Source: Hormiphora californensis
Lineage: Eukaryota; Animalia; Ctenophora
Direction of reading: 5' to 3'
Length of the DNA: 64,000 bases
Assembly: GCA_020137815.1 (NCBI GenBank)
Contig: CM035358.1
Location: 868,001 to 932,000, forward strand
A program made the position numbers and the translations under genes. Positions within the stretch are counted from its first letter, which is position 1; each line of letters opens with the position of its first letter. The notes below the pieces were generated by a model. It saw only the letters and a program-made list of their open reading frames with translations. It ran no database searches and was not told the origin of the DNA. Positions 42,520 through 54,448 of the stretch are shown here, piece by piece.

Positions 42520-44155
42520 TATAGTACTTACTTGATTTTACTCCAGCTGAAAATTCATTCTCCACGTGATCAGGTGCTCGTGATCAGGTGCTCGTTAAAT
42601 ATCTCTCTCTATCTCCCCCGTCATTGATCTGATGATTCTCACTGTTTATATTTGACCTGAGCTGGGGGATAAAGCTTTTTTGCTGGTGATCCCCTTGTGT
42701 GTTAACCTGCATATAAAAGATTCAATCAATGATGTTTGATCCCTCTCTCTCTCTCTCTATCTCTCACTCTCTCTCTCCCTCTCTCTCTCCCTCTCTCTCC
42801 TTTAATTTACGCAGAACTCTACTCAGTATCATCCTTGCTATGAGTGCTCAGTGCATATATTATTATTATTCTCAAGGGGGTCTGATCACTATATAGATCA
42901 GGGGGAAATCTCTACCCCCGGTAAAAATGATTGCTTCTCTCCCTCCACATAATGCAGAACTTCTCTCTTCCTCTATCGCTCCCTCCCTCTCTATCTCTCT
43001 CTGCATCGGTGCCGAGGTGTCTATATATGCTTGGTATTCCGTCTATTCCCCCGCTACCCACGTTAACTATATCAACAGAGATGCGTTACTGCTCAGCATC
43101 CTGCCTCGAGCTATCATGTGATTAGATTTTCACACTCTTGGGTCGAGGGAATGATCTCTTTTTGCCTGTTCTATATAGATTACCTGCCCCCCTCTCTCTT
43201 GCTTTTCATCTCTCTATCCCTCTATCTCTTTATCTTTGTTTCGATCTCAAAAGAACCGGAAATGGCGGTTACTGATTAGGAAACCAAATGAATGAAATAA
43301 ATAATGGTGTGTTCGAATACCACCAAAACTTCACACTGTGAAGTTCACAGAGTGATAGTTGGGTGATTTGTTGAGATAAGGGGTGGACTCAACAAGGGGT
43401 GATGGGATGGGAATGAGATCACAGCGTTCATATATATATGTATATGATCAGGGCCGCCAATACTAAGCATTGTGCATGTGAGAAATGTGTAGCTTCAACC
43501 CTAAATCAGATTTATCCAACAATCGTGGCCAAAGTTGTAACTCGAAAGTTTCACCTCCATTGACCATCAACCACAAATCATGTTTTCTTGTTTCTAACCC
43601 GCACAAGCTCGATTGTATAATAATATAGAGACGTCAGAAATAATGATGCGCATTGCACAAAAATTTAATTTGCCAACGGATCATAATGACCTATGTATTC
43701 GCTCAAAAATGTTTAACTGTGTCACAGAGTCTATGAAACGATTATTTCTTGACAGTGACTACCCCTTCCTTGATTTACCCCACCTCGGCCGTACAATAAA
43801 CTCTGTGACACCGTGAACAGAAAGCGAACACATTGTGATCCATTGAATGGCGGATGTATCGGATACCGGTTTAGTCCTTGGTACTATGGTTCTTATATAT
43901 CATCATTACATGGAATCAGTAGTAGTATACTACTGGGAATCAGAAGTTTTGATGAGTACTTGATCCCCAGCTAACACTTCTTGAAGGAATGACCTGTTTG
44001 AGGCGATATAGTTCATACTGAGGGGGGTATATATTTATCTGGGGATCCGATTAAGGAATGCAACCCCCGGGCTGGGAGTAGACTCACAGACCCTGATCAA
44101 GCTATATAGGTTAGAGAGGCCAGTAAACTAATCAGCCCTACTCTTGGGGGATAGA

Positions 44156-44192
<37 letters not shown>

Positions 44193-44315
44193 AGCAGTCC
44201 CCCAACAAGCTTATAGCAGCATGAATATTATCTGCATTTTTTCCTTTCTCCCTCACTATATCCGTCTTCTTCTCTCTCTATCTCTCTCTCTATCTCTTTC
44301 TCTCTCTCTCTATCT

Positions 44316-44346
<31 letters not shown>

Positions 44347-44474
44347 CCCATCGATAATAAAGATCACCGTCTAGAATGAGGCATTTTTTCATAGACCTCA
44401 GTAGATGCAGTCACTGCATGATAACAGGAGGGATAGATAGACAGAGACAGTGAAGGATGGACAGAGATAGAGAG

Positions 44475-44589
<115 letters not shown>

Positions 44590-45946
44590 AAGAGAGAGGG
44601 ATAGACAGAGACAGTGAGATATTCTCGAGAATATGCTGCACTATAACACAGCGGAGACAACATGATAGGTGTTGTTTTTACAAGCCAGCAATCATTATTA
44701 TATCGAGGGGCGATATATATTGGATCTGATCGATAACTACTAAGTCATGTGATATATCGGGCGCCATGGAGTTGACTATGTCGCCGAAACACAAAGCGTT
44801 CCCTAGAATTATTATCGCGGTATGAGCTACACAAGTCAAAACGCACTTCCGTCCTAGATTAACCCATTAATATTTTCTTGAGTCAACAAAGATCAATACG
44901 AATATGATTATCTCTATAATAATTGGAGCTACCCATTGATATATCTCCCATAGATCGTCGGCCTATCTTTATATCCATGATTCCTACAGCTTTACTCAAG
45001 GGCGGCTTTGTCTGTGTTTTCACATTTGTTCTTCTCCCCATCATTTTCACCCCACTCCCGATATATGTTTACTAGCGACTCAGCTGAAGGAGGTGAAAAT
45101 GAGGGCATATTTTCACTCATTTTCCCTTCATTGATGGGGGAGGGGCAGTACCATGACCCGTCATGCACGTAGTATCTCGTGCCAAGTGGTACCACCGTTC
45201 AGAGGTGGTTTTAATTAAAGTTACAGATAATTCCTGGAAAATGATTAAATTGACCGAGAAAAGGAAAAGAGTTATCGGGGAAAATGGAATTCGAAAATTT
45301 ATATATCAGTATTTGGCACACCTTTTGAGCAGTGCAAATGGGGATTGAACAGGAGAGAGGGGGAGTAGCATTATTGTGTCACGTGATGGGGTACTCAGAG
45401 CTCTCTCCCTCTCTCTCCATCCCTCTCTCTTCCTCTCTCTCTCTCTCTCTCCCTCTCCCTCTCCCTCCCTCTCTCTCTAGAATACACACACACTAGGTAC
45501 AGGGTAGCACGATATCTAGTAGGCGTACTTATCACCTTCCTGATGAGGGGGTCCTGATAGAGTCCTTATTAAATGTTCCCCTTGTCTCCCCCATCTATCT
45601 TTCAAAGTCCGTTCTACCCAGTGAGCTGCCCTCGCAACTCCTTAGCCTGTCCTGGTCTGTCTCTCCCACCCGGCCTAGCATGTTCTTCGCGAGACAGGCA
45701 CGGATAGAAAGGGAGAGGGAGGGAGAGAGAGAGAGAGAGAGGGAGAGAGAAAATGATACAAAATGATCTGCTGACTAAGTCTCCAGACAATGATCTGATA
45801 TCTTCTTGACACAAAATATATTTCACTTTTGTCATCAGACCCATCTTGGTATCATCCAGGTCTAACTTTTCTTGAAGGTTCCAAATTGACCCTAATACCT
45901 CTCTCTTGGCAGTCCTGAATCCCAAATTGACCCCCTCTTTCTCCAG

Positions 45947-46902
45947 GTCGATCATCTAACAGCCAGATCAGCAAACAGCCGGACAACAAGGTAAAGAGAA
46001 CGACCTACTCTGACCACCAAAAGAAAGTGATGAGTCACTACTATGAAAACGGGAACAGATACCTGGAGAGCTCAATGAGAAAGAAAATCGCAGAGGAATT
46101 GGGACTAAGGTATGCTAATTAACTACATAATTAGATCGTAGGGGTGTGGCCAAATTTAAGTTACAAATTCACTACTCTAATAATATATCGATTTATTGAC
46201 CCAATGTACTATACAGGCCTGACCAAGTGAAGCGAAAATGGCAGAACATGCGGGCCCAGGACAAACAAATAACACCCAACTTTGGTCTCAACACAGGCAG
46301 CTGTAAGTTTATAAAAAGAGCTCTAAAGTCGGATTTTTTGAAGTTGTCACCCCAAAATGACCGCGCATGTGAAATTTATCAATTTTGACGCGCACACCAC
46401 ACGTTAACATGTGATGTGACGCGCAAAAACATTCCGCGCACGAAAAGGGGGGTGACAACTTCAAAAAATCCGACTTTATCTAAAGAATATTTATGAGATT
46501 AAAGAAATAGCTTCCCACGATAATACGAGTAACATTTATGTTACATTTCTCTGACACCATGACTGCATCCCCTAGACTGCAGCTCACAGTCGAGCTTCAT
46601 GATAGATAGGAACCGAGGAGGGCTAGCAAGGATTAGGAGTCTCACAGATAACGCAGCCCAAAGACGAACCACGGGAAACTACCAAAACAACATTCAGCTT
46701 TACCAGAACAACACATCAGGATTCTTTTCTGCTTCACGACAAGGTAAATATAGTCTATAGTAGGAGACACTAGCGGTATATCTAGATAATTATCTAGTCT
46801 ATAGTAGGAGACACTAGCGGTATATCTAGATAATTATCTAGTTGCGTTTCTCACAGAGATTGTAGTTCTACATTAGTAAAGACAGCAGATTGCCAAATGT
46901 AA
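45947..46902 (+). CDS. Divergent homeodomain protein (5' end uncertain)
   Basis: Exons 45947-46109 and 46217-46302 join in phase to give KVKRTTYSDHQKKVMSHYYENGNRYLESSMRKKIAEELGLRPDQVKRKWQNMRAQDK. Exon 46576-46743 and a short last exon from ~46857 follow. Confidence 0.8.
46324..46478. mobile_element. 155-bp MITE in homeobox intron
   Basis: 30-bp TIR taaagtcggattttttgaagttgtcacccc. Confidence 0.8.
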
Positions 46903-47498
46903 CAATTTGAATCTCCAGATAGCGGAAGCAAGTCACTGGGAAGCCATCTACCATTCTCGAACAGTCTCGGATACCCTTCATTCATCTGAGGAACATTGTT
47001 TAGGAACACACGTGTGTCAACTTGTGTAGGAACACGTCTGTGTAGGACCATCATGTGTAATGAGAGACATTAGGAACACTTGTGTGTACTGTGAGACTCT
47101 GAAAAACACTATATACTGTCACGATGACCCCGCCACGTGGTCACTAGAGAGAGCTGGACCATTAGTTATGAACGTTTCCAGTAAGGTTATGAACGTTTCT
47201 ATAAGCGAGGTTATGAACGTTTCTAGTGAGGTAAATGAACGTATATTTTAACAGATGTTATACAGATAGTTTACTAGGAAAGGATTCAAGAGACTTTATA
47301 TAACCAGGTGTGAAATCAATATATTAACGTTTTATAAAGAGATTTGTACAACACGAGTTCAGTGTCTCTCTCCGCAGCAGTAAGAAACTGTTTAGATGAT
47401 CAGTGTTTCCAATGGTTACCATAGCGACATGAACAATGGTTACCATGGTAACGAAGTGATGTTGATTGAGAGGTGAATGCTAACTGTCTGATTTACTA

Positions 47499-50400
47499 CT
47501 AACTTCTTTCCTTCATTCTGCTACTAACCACTCGTAGTTTTCTGTACCCAAACTTCACGCTATACCGTATAAAGTCTATGATTGTAAAAATGCTCGCTCC
47601 CAGGAAAAGTCCCAACATTCCCCCAATGTCTGCTAAAAGGTTCCAAAAATCATACTCTCGGACTTGGAAAACCTGCTCTGCATACATGTCCCGGAAATAC
47701 GTCTCCAAGATCACGTTGTTCTTCCTGTGGGGAGAGTTATATGTACTTGGTTATACAGTACAGTCATAGATAAGATTAATCGAACCTCGATTTACCGGAA
47801 CCGCGATTTATAATCTTCCCTCGAGGGTTCCGGTAAATTGAGGTTTGTATTGGTCCATGATTGTTTGTTTATGAGTCCTACATGACCTGATGATGATATT
47901 TATTGATTTATACTATGTAGTAACACACACCTCAGTGGGTGATATTTGTGACAAAACACGTGGTTGGTGGCTCTAGTGATATATTAATTTGAAACAATTG
48001 CACTTACAGAAAGTCATCCACGGTAAAATTATACTTCCTTCCCTCTCCATCCCTTATCTTCCCTGCCGCATACTCCCTGGGTAATAAGAAGAGGTGCATT
48101 TTATAAAGCGGGCAATTTATTAGGGCCAATTCACCTCGCATACACACATATTATGAGCTGTGAAGGGAGTAGGTTATGCATGGAGGGAATCTCCCCACGC
48201 CCTGTTTAGGATGGGTCATAGCCCATAGGGCCGGGGTATATTATGACAGCACCCCCCGCTCACACTCTGGCCTACGCTGCAGGCCCCTGTATCAGTTGGC
48301 CTACGCTGTAGGCCCCTGTATCAGTTGGCCTACGCTGTAGGCCCCTGTATCAGTGACCATCTAAAACGATACAGTATGCAAATCTCAGACCTTGCTGAGA
48401 CTCTCTCTCTCTCACACAAATTAAAACAAGTTGTAAGACTCTCTCTCTCCCACTCTGTCATAATACGCATACCTAGGAATAGCGGTAGTGGCAACTGATA
48501 GTTCATAGTCAAAGTGTTCGCAGGGTACCCAACATCCACACTCCCGTTCCTCACCCTTCTCTGGGCTGGTCTGTGATTCATCCAGTACTGGGTGGAGATG
48601 GAGGAGGTTAGTAATCAGACTGGGAAACCAATTATATAGAGGTTGAGTAAGTTAATCTGCGCAAGAATAGTCGTCAGGGCATTAGAAAAGGTCAGCGCAA
48701 TGACAGTAACTTACCAAATTGGTGGTATGCCATTTTCCCGCATTCCTCCATCTGTTTCAGAGAGCATGCTGTGTAGTTGTAAATATTGTGAGGGGGTAAC
48801 ACAGGAATACACCTAGGGGAGATCAGATGTGAGTGTGTTACTTTAACTAAGGAGAGATCAGATGTGAGTGTGTTACTCTAACTAAGGAGAGATCAGATGT
48901 GAGTTTGTTACTTTAACTAAAGAGAGATCAGATGTGACTACTAACCCGCAGGAGGCGTTCAGTTGTTTATCCCTGCACTCCGTATGGCAACTTTCCAAAT
49001 CATACGCCCCATAGCTATTCCTTTGTAAAGCGGAGTTACACTTTCCTCCCTCTTCCTCCGGCAACTCTCGTCTCTGTAACGGAGAGGCTTGGATAGAGGG
49101 AGGGGGGGGGCTAAAGTTTTTGCAGCGATTTTCAAAAACTTCAAAAACTAAAATGGGTAGGAAAATTCAAAAACTTCAAAAACCTATAACACTTGGATGA
49201 AGGTTGTGTAGACGGGGACCAATCCAGGTTACTATGGTTACCCCTTACCCAACATTCAACAATGTTACTATGGTTACCATTCTCTCGGAAATCTCTAGAA
49301 TATTTGGATGCGATGCTCAATTCTATCCCGATTTTGAGACAGAGGGTGTTTCGGATATAAAAGTTGCCACGTGACTTTTAATCAACAATTTGTTATCAGG
49401 GGCGAAAGTTTCCTGCGGCCGATTGTGCAGAGGGTAGGGAAGTTTTTAACATTAAATGTTTAACAGTACAGCCCATGCAGCACAAGTCGAGTCACGTCAT
49501 ATTAACACCTGACCTCAGTAAGTACTCAGTGGGGTGGTACCAGGAACCGACCGAAACAAGTAAACAACCAATCAGAACTCGTTATTTAGGTCACGTGACT
49601 GGTTATCAGCCAATCAGGGACCAGTATTTCCTGATTCGGTCGGTTCCTAGGTGGTACCCTTTAGGAAGCTGCCTAGTCGAACACCTTATACAATCCTCAT
49701 TCAAAAAGTGCTTCGATGTCACATTGACCTTAGTGTCATTTCCCTCTACCTTCACTTCCACTAAAAACCCATGTGTATCACTAACCTCAATTCGTTTAAT
49801 GGTTACTCGGTAGTGTATCACTAACCTCAATTCGTTTAAGGGTTACTCGGTAGTGTATCACTAACCTCAATTCGTTTAAGGGTTACTCGGTAGTGCATCA
49901 CTAACCTCAATTCGTTTAAGGGTTACTCGGTAGTGTATCACTAACCTCAATTCGTTTAAGGGTTACTCGGTAGTGTAGTCCGGGCGACATAATAATACCA
50001 GTGTTCCGTGTGCTTGAGTACTGTGTGTAATGATGAATCGCCATTACAAATCCAATCTGACCGGCTGAAGAAATTGATATGTTAGGAACTTAGGAACCTA
50101 GATTTAGTTCGATCAGTGAGAGTGGTCACATTATACCTAACAGTAGGCTGCCAGTATCCATGGCTGGATAGTTAGTGGCTCAACCAACAAGAGATCTAGA
50201 TTTTTAAGCTACACTGTTGATAGATACTGACTTACTCGTATCAGTATAGTCTCGTCGGTTGGCGTTTAGTCGTAGGTACACAGACCCATAATCTCCTGCT
50301 TTAGAATGCAGGACACCTTTCGGGTTGAATCTAAAACACTTTCCGGTAGGACTCAACTCCTGGAATTAAAATGTGAGGGTACGTAACATACTCTCCATGA

Positions 50401-53166
50401 CCAGCAGGAACCGACCGAAACAAGTAAACAACCAATCAGAACTCGTTATTTAGGTCACGTGACTGGTTATCAGCCAATCAGGGACCAGTTTTTCCTGATT
50501 CGGTCGGTTCCTGATGACCAGCCAAGTGGAACGTTTGTAGGGTTTGAAATAATTGCTACAACCACGAAAAGTGCACACTAGGTAATTACGCTTTTAAATT
50601 TATTAATTCTGGCAACTAGGCCTTGGCCGGGCACAAATGGTGACACAGACACACAAATTCTGTTGACAAACATACGAACGAACGGACATACAGGAGACTG
50701 TTTAAATACCTCTTCAATCATGTTTGATCGGTCAGCGAAGATTTCCATATCCTCACACCGCCTCGCGTGGGCATACGCACAGAATATCTTGGTGTTCTCC
50801 CAGGAGGGCGAGTTTCTAGAAAATAACTGTGTGGAACTATATGTGGAACATTATACATACTGTGAATAGTTCAATATTTGGATGAGATGGTGGAGGCTGG
50901 TGGGGTAGTATATCTGTTTGGTTTCATTATTCACACTAATAGTTCAATAGTTCATGCCGTCACACAGTGTCAGCTGCGACTTTTCTACACTGCAGTTCCA
51001 AGAGTATGTATACCTGTAAAAGTCCTGGTAAGGTACATTACCAATGTCATCCATGCCATCTCTAGTCCAATTAACACGTTTCCAATCACTGACATTGTCC
51101 CATGTCTCCGCAAACAAATCATCTTCCTCTAAATACGACTTGCTCACCTGGGTATATGGAATGTATATGATGAATAGAGAAACGGCATATAACAAGTCGA
51201 CTGTGTGTGCAGTCACGAAGTCTTTGTGGGTGAGCCTGCAGTACATGATATCTTCATTCTTCGAGTTGTTGAGTAAGGGTTACTCAACAAGATCTGAGCT
51301 GGTATAATTACCAGGAACCGACCAAATCAGGAAATACTGGTCCCTGATTGGCTGATAACCAGTCACGTGACCGAAATAACTAGTTCTGATTGGTTGTTTA
51401 CTTGTTTCGGTCGGTTCCTGTTACTTACCCTGTTGAGATTACACAGTGAAATGGTTGGAAACTGCATACTCCCATGTTCGTTATGATACACGTTAATCTT
51501 CGTGCTGACCGGCTTAGAAAGGTACTTGTGGACGGACTTGGAGATGTTGTGGAGGGTGTAGGTTAGAGCCAGGGCCCACGCTGTGGATAAACCAGGGTGA
51601 GTAAAGAGGGTACTACCCGCATCCTCCATATTCTTAAATCGACATAGTTTACGCAGAGAATACGGAGCGAATATAATATGAGATACTGAAAACGTTGTTT
51701 ACCGAGGTAAAATAACCATTTCGTGGCAGTGATGCATTTCCGTTTTTCCTTTTTCCCTCCTCTTTCTTCCACTGTTTCAGCTTCTACTGGTGTACTCGAT
51801 TCTTCTAATGGCTCCGCCCTAAAATAGGGTAAAAGTTAAAAAAATGCTGATATAATTGTTATCTACCATCTGGATTCGTAGATACTTTTGGGTCGAATCC
51901 AGGAAAGTTTAACATGTGAGAATCGAAAAGTTTCAGTTCCGTACATAGGTATAATATTTGGATGATTTCCATTTCGTTTCGGTACGAATTTCTGCTGTAG
52001 TACCCCGCTGATCAGTTTCTTAGAGCTCGGGTGGATAAACCTCATCCGCTGTAGTCCCTGTTTGTCACCCATAATGGGACCCACATCATTTCATAATAAC
52101 CGTGATCAGATATTGTATACCACGGTAGCACTGAATAGTGGATTTCAGTATCAGTGATATAAGTGATGAATACTGATAATAAAATCCAAATAAGATGGTG
52201 TGGTTTAACTTATTTACAAGTACAAGCTGCGAAGTTTCGATCACTATAAAAGCTGGATCAGGTTAGCTGTGTAGAGACTATAGTAAAGATCAGTACAGAA
52301 TCAAGGTCAGGTGAGCTATACTGCAGAGGCAAGTATTATACCAAGCTAGCCAGCGGTGGAGAGCGTGTTTCATTAATCTAATGTTAATAATGAAGTATTT
52401 CGTAACACCGTGTAACGTATTAAAGATTTTACAATACGAAATATATTCCAGTTCTTCTTTCTTGACTAACCACCACTATAATTTCAATTATAACACATTC
52501 GCCCGATATAAACAAATTTTAGGTTGATTTACGTGAACTTATTCAATTATACGAATAAAATTTGCGGTAAAACAGGTCGAACTAGTTCCAGAAAAAAAAT
52601 CATTGTTTTTGCTGCTTGTAAACTTTCAAACGAATAAAAGAAACATGGTTTTTCAGAGATTATACGAACAAAGACATTTTCCCACGTTCACGTTTTACAG
52701 CCGGACTCATTGGGACAATGAGAGCTACTTTATGAATGTGTTACTATACACGCCTTTGTAGCATTTTCATGCTCTTTTCAGAATTTACTGCTTCCAAATT
52801 GAACATCACCAAGTTTACTAAATAAAGTTTCTTACTTTACAAATGATGAAACTTTCATAGGGGGCTGAGGGATGGGACACAATACAAAACGGATAACAGT
52901 ATGTATTATGAAACCTAAGGAATGTAGAAAGTGCAAGCAAATCACTTTAATAGAGCCCATTTTAGTTTCGACACACTGATGAGTTGTTCTAGACATGGGT
53001 GCTACTATAGGATCTCATAGGACTTCATACGTGACAGGAGTTGTTCTGAATAACAAGCATAATGTACAGGAGGAAAACAACACACGTTAGTACAGCAGCT
53101 CTGAGGGGAGTATTTCCAAGCTGTTCAGCTTGAAAAAAAACAGAGATCAGTAGGCTGTAGGAGAGG

Positions 53167-53211
<45 letters not shown>

Positions 53212-54448
53212 TGGGAGCAAAGAATATAGGTGAATGTCGAATGACGAAACGGTAAAGCTGTGAACAATTTCAGGCACTATTCTGTAGGTTCAGTCGTTTA
53301 TGACACAGCCCAAATGTTGAATCATGTTTTACACAAGCATACCAATAACCAGATTATAATACGCAATATCTCACACTAAAGTCCATGGCATAAATTGCCA
53401 AGTTAGACTGTTATTAAAATAAAAGAGTTGAACAAAACAAGGCATGAACACACTTGGCGTGACTTAAAAAGCATATAATCGCAGTTAGGTGTCTACAGAC
53501 AAAACTAACTAACTAACGAGTGATGACGAGTAAACACTACTTGTTTGTTTTATAAACCACGTGTGTCGACTTTCGTGTGTTATATTTATAGCGGTGTCAC
53601 AGAAGCAGCAGCAATATATCAAGCTTTAAGATAAACTATCTTCTTTTAGGCTAAACACACACGTCACACAAGTGTGTCCCGTTTCCGACATTGGAACTCG
53701 CGTAATTAACACAAGAGTGTGCACTGTGCGGCTTTGACGCAATTGCAAGCGTAACAGATGTACTGTGAAGGAAATTAATTATATTCCCTACATCCAGGAT
53801 GCGTGGTGAGAAGATGCTTATAAATTGAATAAAATTCAATGCTTAAATTGTAATTCTAAGAAATTACAATGGCTTTAAAGTATTTTAAGTGTGGCCTGAA
53901 TTAGTTGAAACCACTGAAAATGTCGGACAGAAAGCAAATACAACCCCAGAATAATAAGATTTTTTAAATGTTTCACTTCTCTGTGGCTGAATGTTTCGCT
54001 ATGTAAAACATTCGAAAAATTATATACAGTCGGACCCCGATTTAGTGGCCCCCGATTTAGTGGCAGGATTTTTTTCCCCTCATATAGGAAATTAACATTA
54101 TTTGACCCCGATTTAGTGGCACCCCGATTTAGTGGCAGTATTTTTCCCCCGAGGATGCCACTAAATCGGGGTCCGACTGTATGTGAAATGATCTGCCTCA
54201 GCAATTGCAAAGACAAACGTTATGGATATCAAGAAAATCCAACCATCTGAAAAACTAGACTGGAATAATCAATGCAATTATCCCATGATTTCACTAGTCT
54301 TAGTAAGATTTAAACCATTCACTTGGATATTATTAAGATTCATTCACTAGCTTATTATTTCATACCATGATTGTGATTGGTGTCCGTTGGTTGGAGAGGT
54401 GTTCGGGGTAGTGGGCTTGATCCGGAGTAAGGTTACCAGTTGCTCCAT
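47499..54448 (-). CDS. DEG/ENaC (ASIC-superfamily) sodium channel subunit, multi-exon
   Basis: TM1 KWLFYLAWALALTYTLHNISKSVHKYLSKPVST, then FPTISLCNLNR, GKCFRFNP, Cys-rich thumb YDLESCHTEC...CGCIP...CGCWVPCEHFDY, and TM2 LLADIGGMLGLFLGASIFTIIDF. Core exons span 51818-47499. The first exon 54448-54366 (MEQLVTLLR...) is tentative and rests on phase compatibility only. Confidence 0.92.
49541..49649 (-). mobile_element. MITE family A, copy 5
   Basis: TSD GGTGGTAC. Confidence 0.92.
49772..49977 (-). repeat. 40-bp tandem repeat, 5 copies, straddling an ENaC exon/donor junction
   Basis: Unit on minus strand: acactaccgagtaacccttaaacgaattgag|gttagtgat. Confidence 0.92.
50405..50513 (-). mobile_element. 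MITE family A, copy 6
   Basis: TSD ATGACCAG. Confidence 0.92.
51312..51420 (+). mobile_element. MITE family A, copy 7
   Basis: Minus-strand flanks are GTAAGTAA (the ENaC donor) and GTAATTAT, a 6/8 match TSD. Confidence 0.92.
54027..54179. mobile_element. Family C MITE (short form)
   Basis: TIR CAGTCGGACCCCGATTTAGTGGC, TA TSD. Confidence 0.88.

Noticed and set aside
49475-49813. ORFs containing QEPTETSKQPIRTRYLGHVTGYQPIRDQYFLIRSVP (also 8399-8584 and 17524-17769)
   Set aside because: Chance open frame through the 109-bp MITE, not a protein domain.
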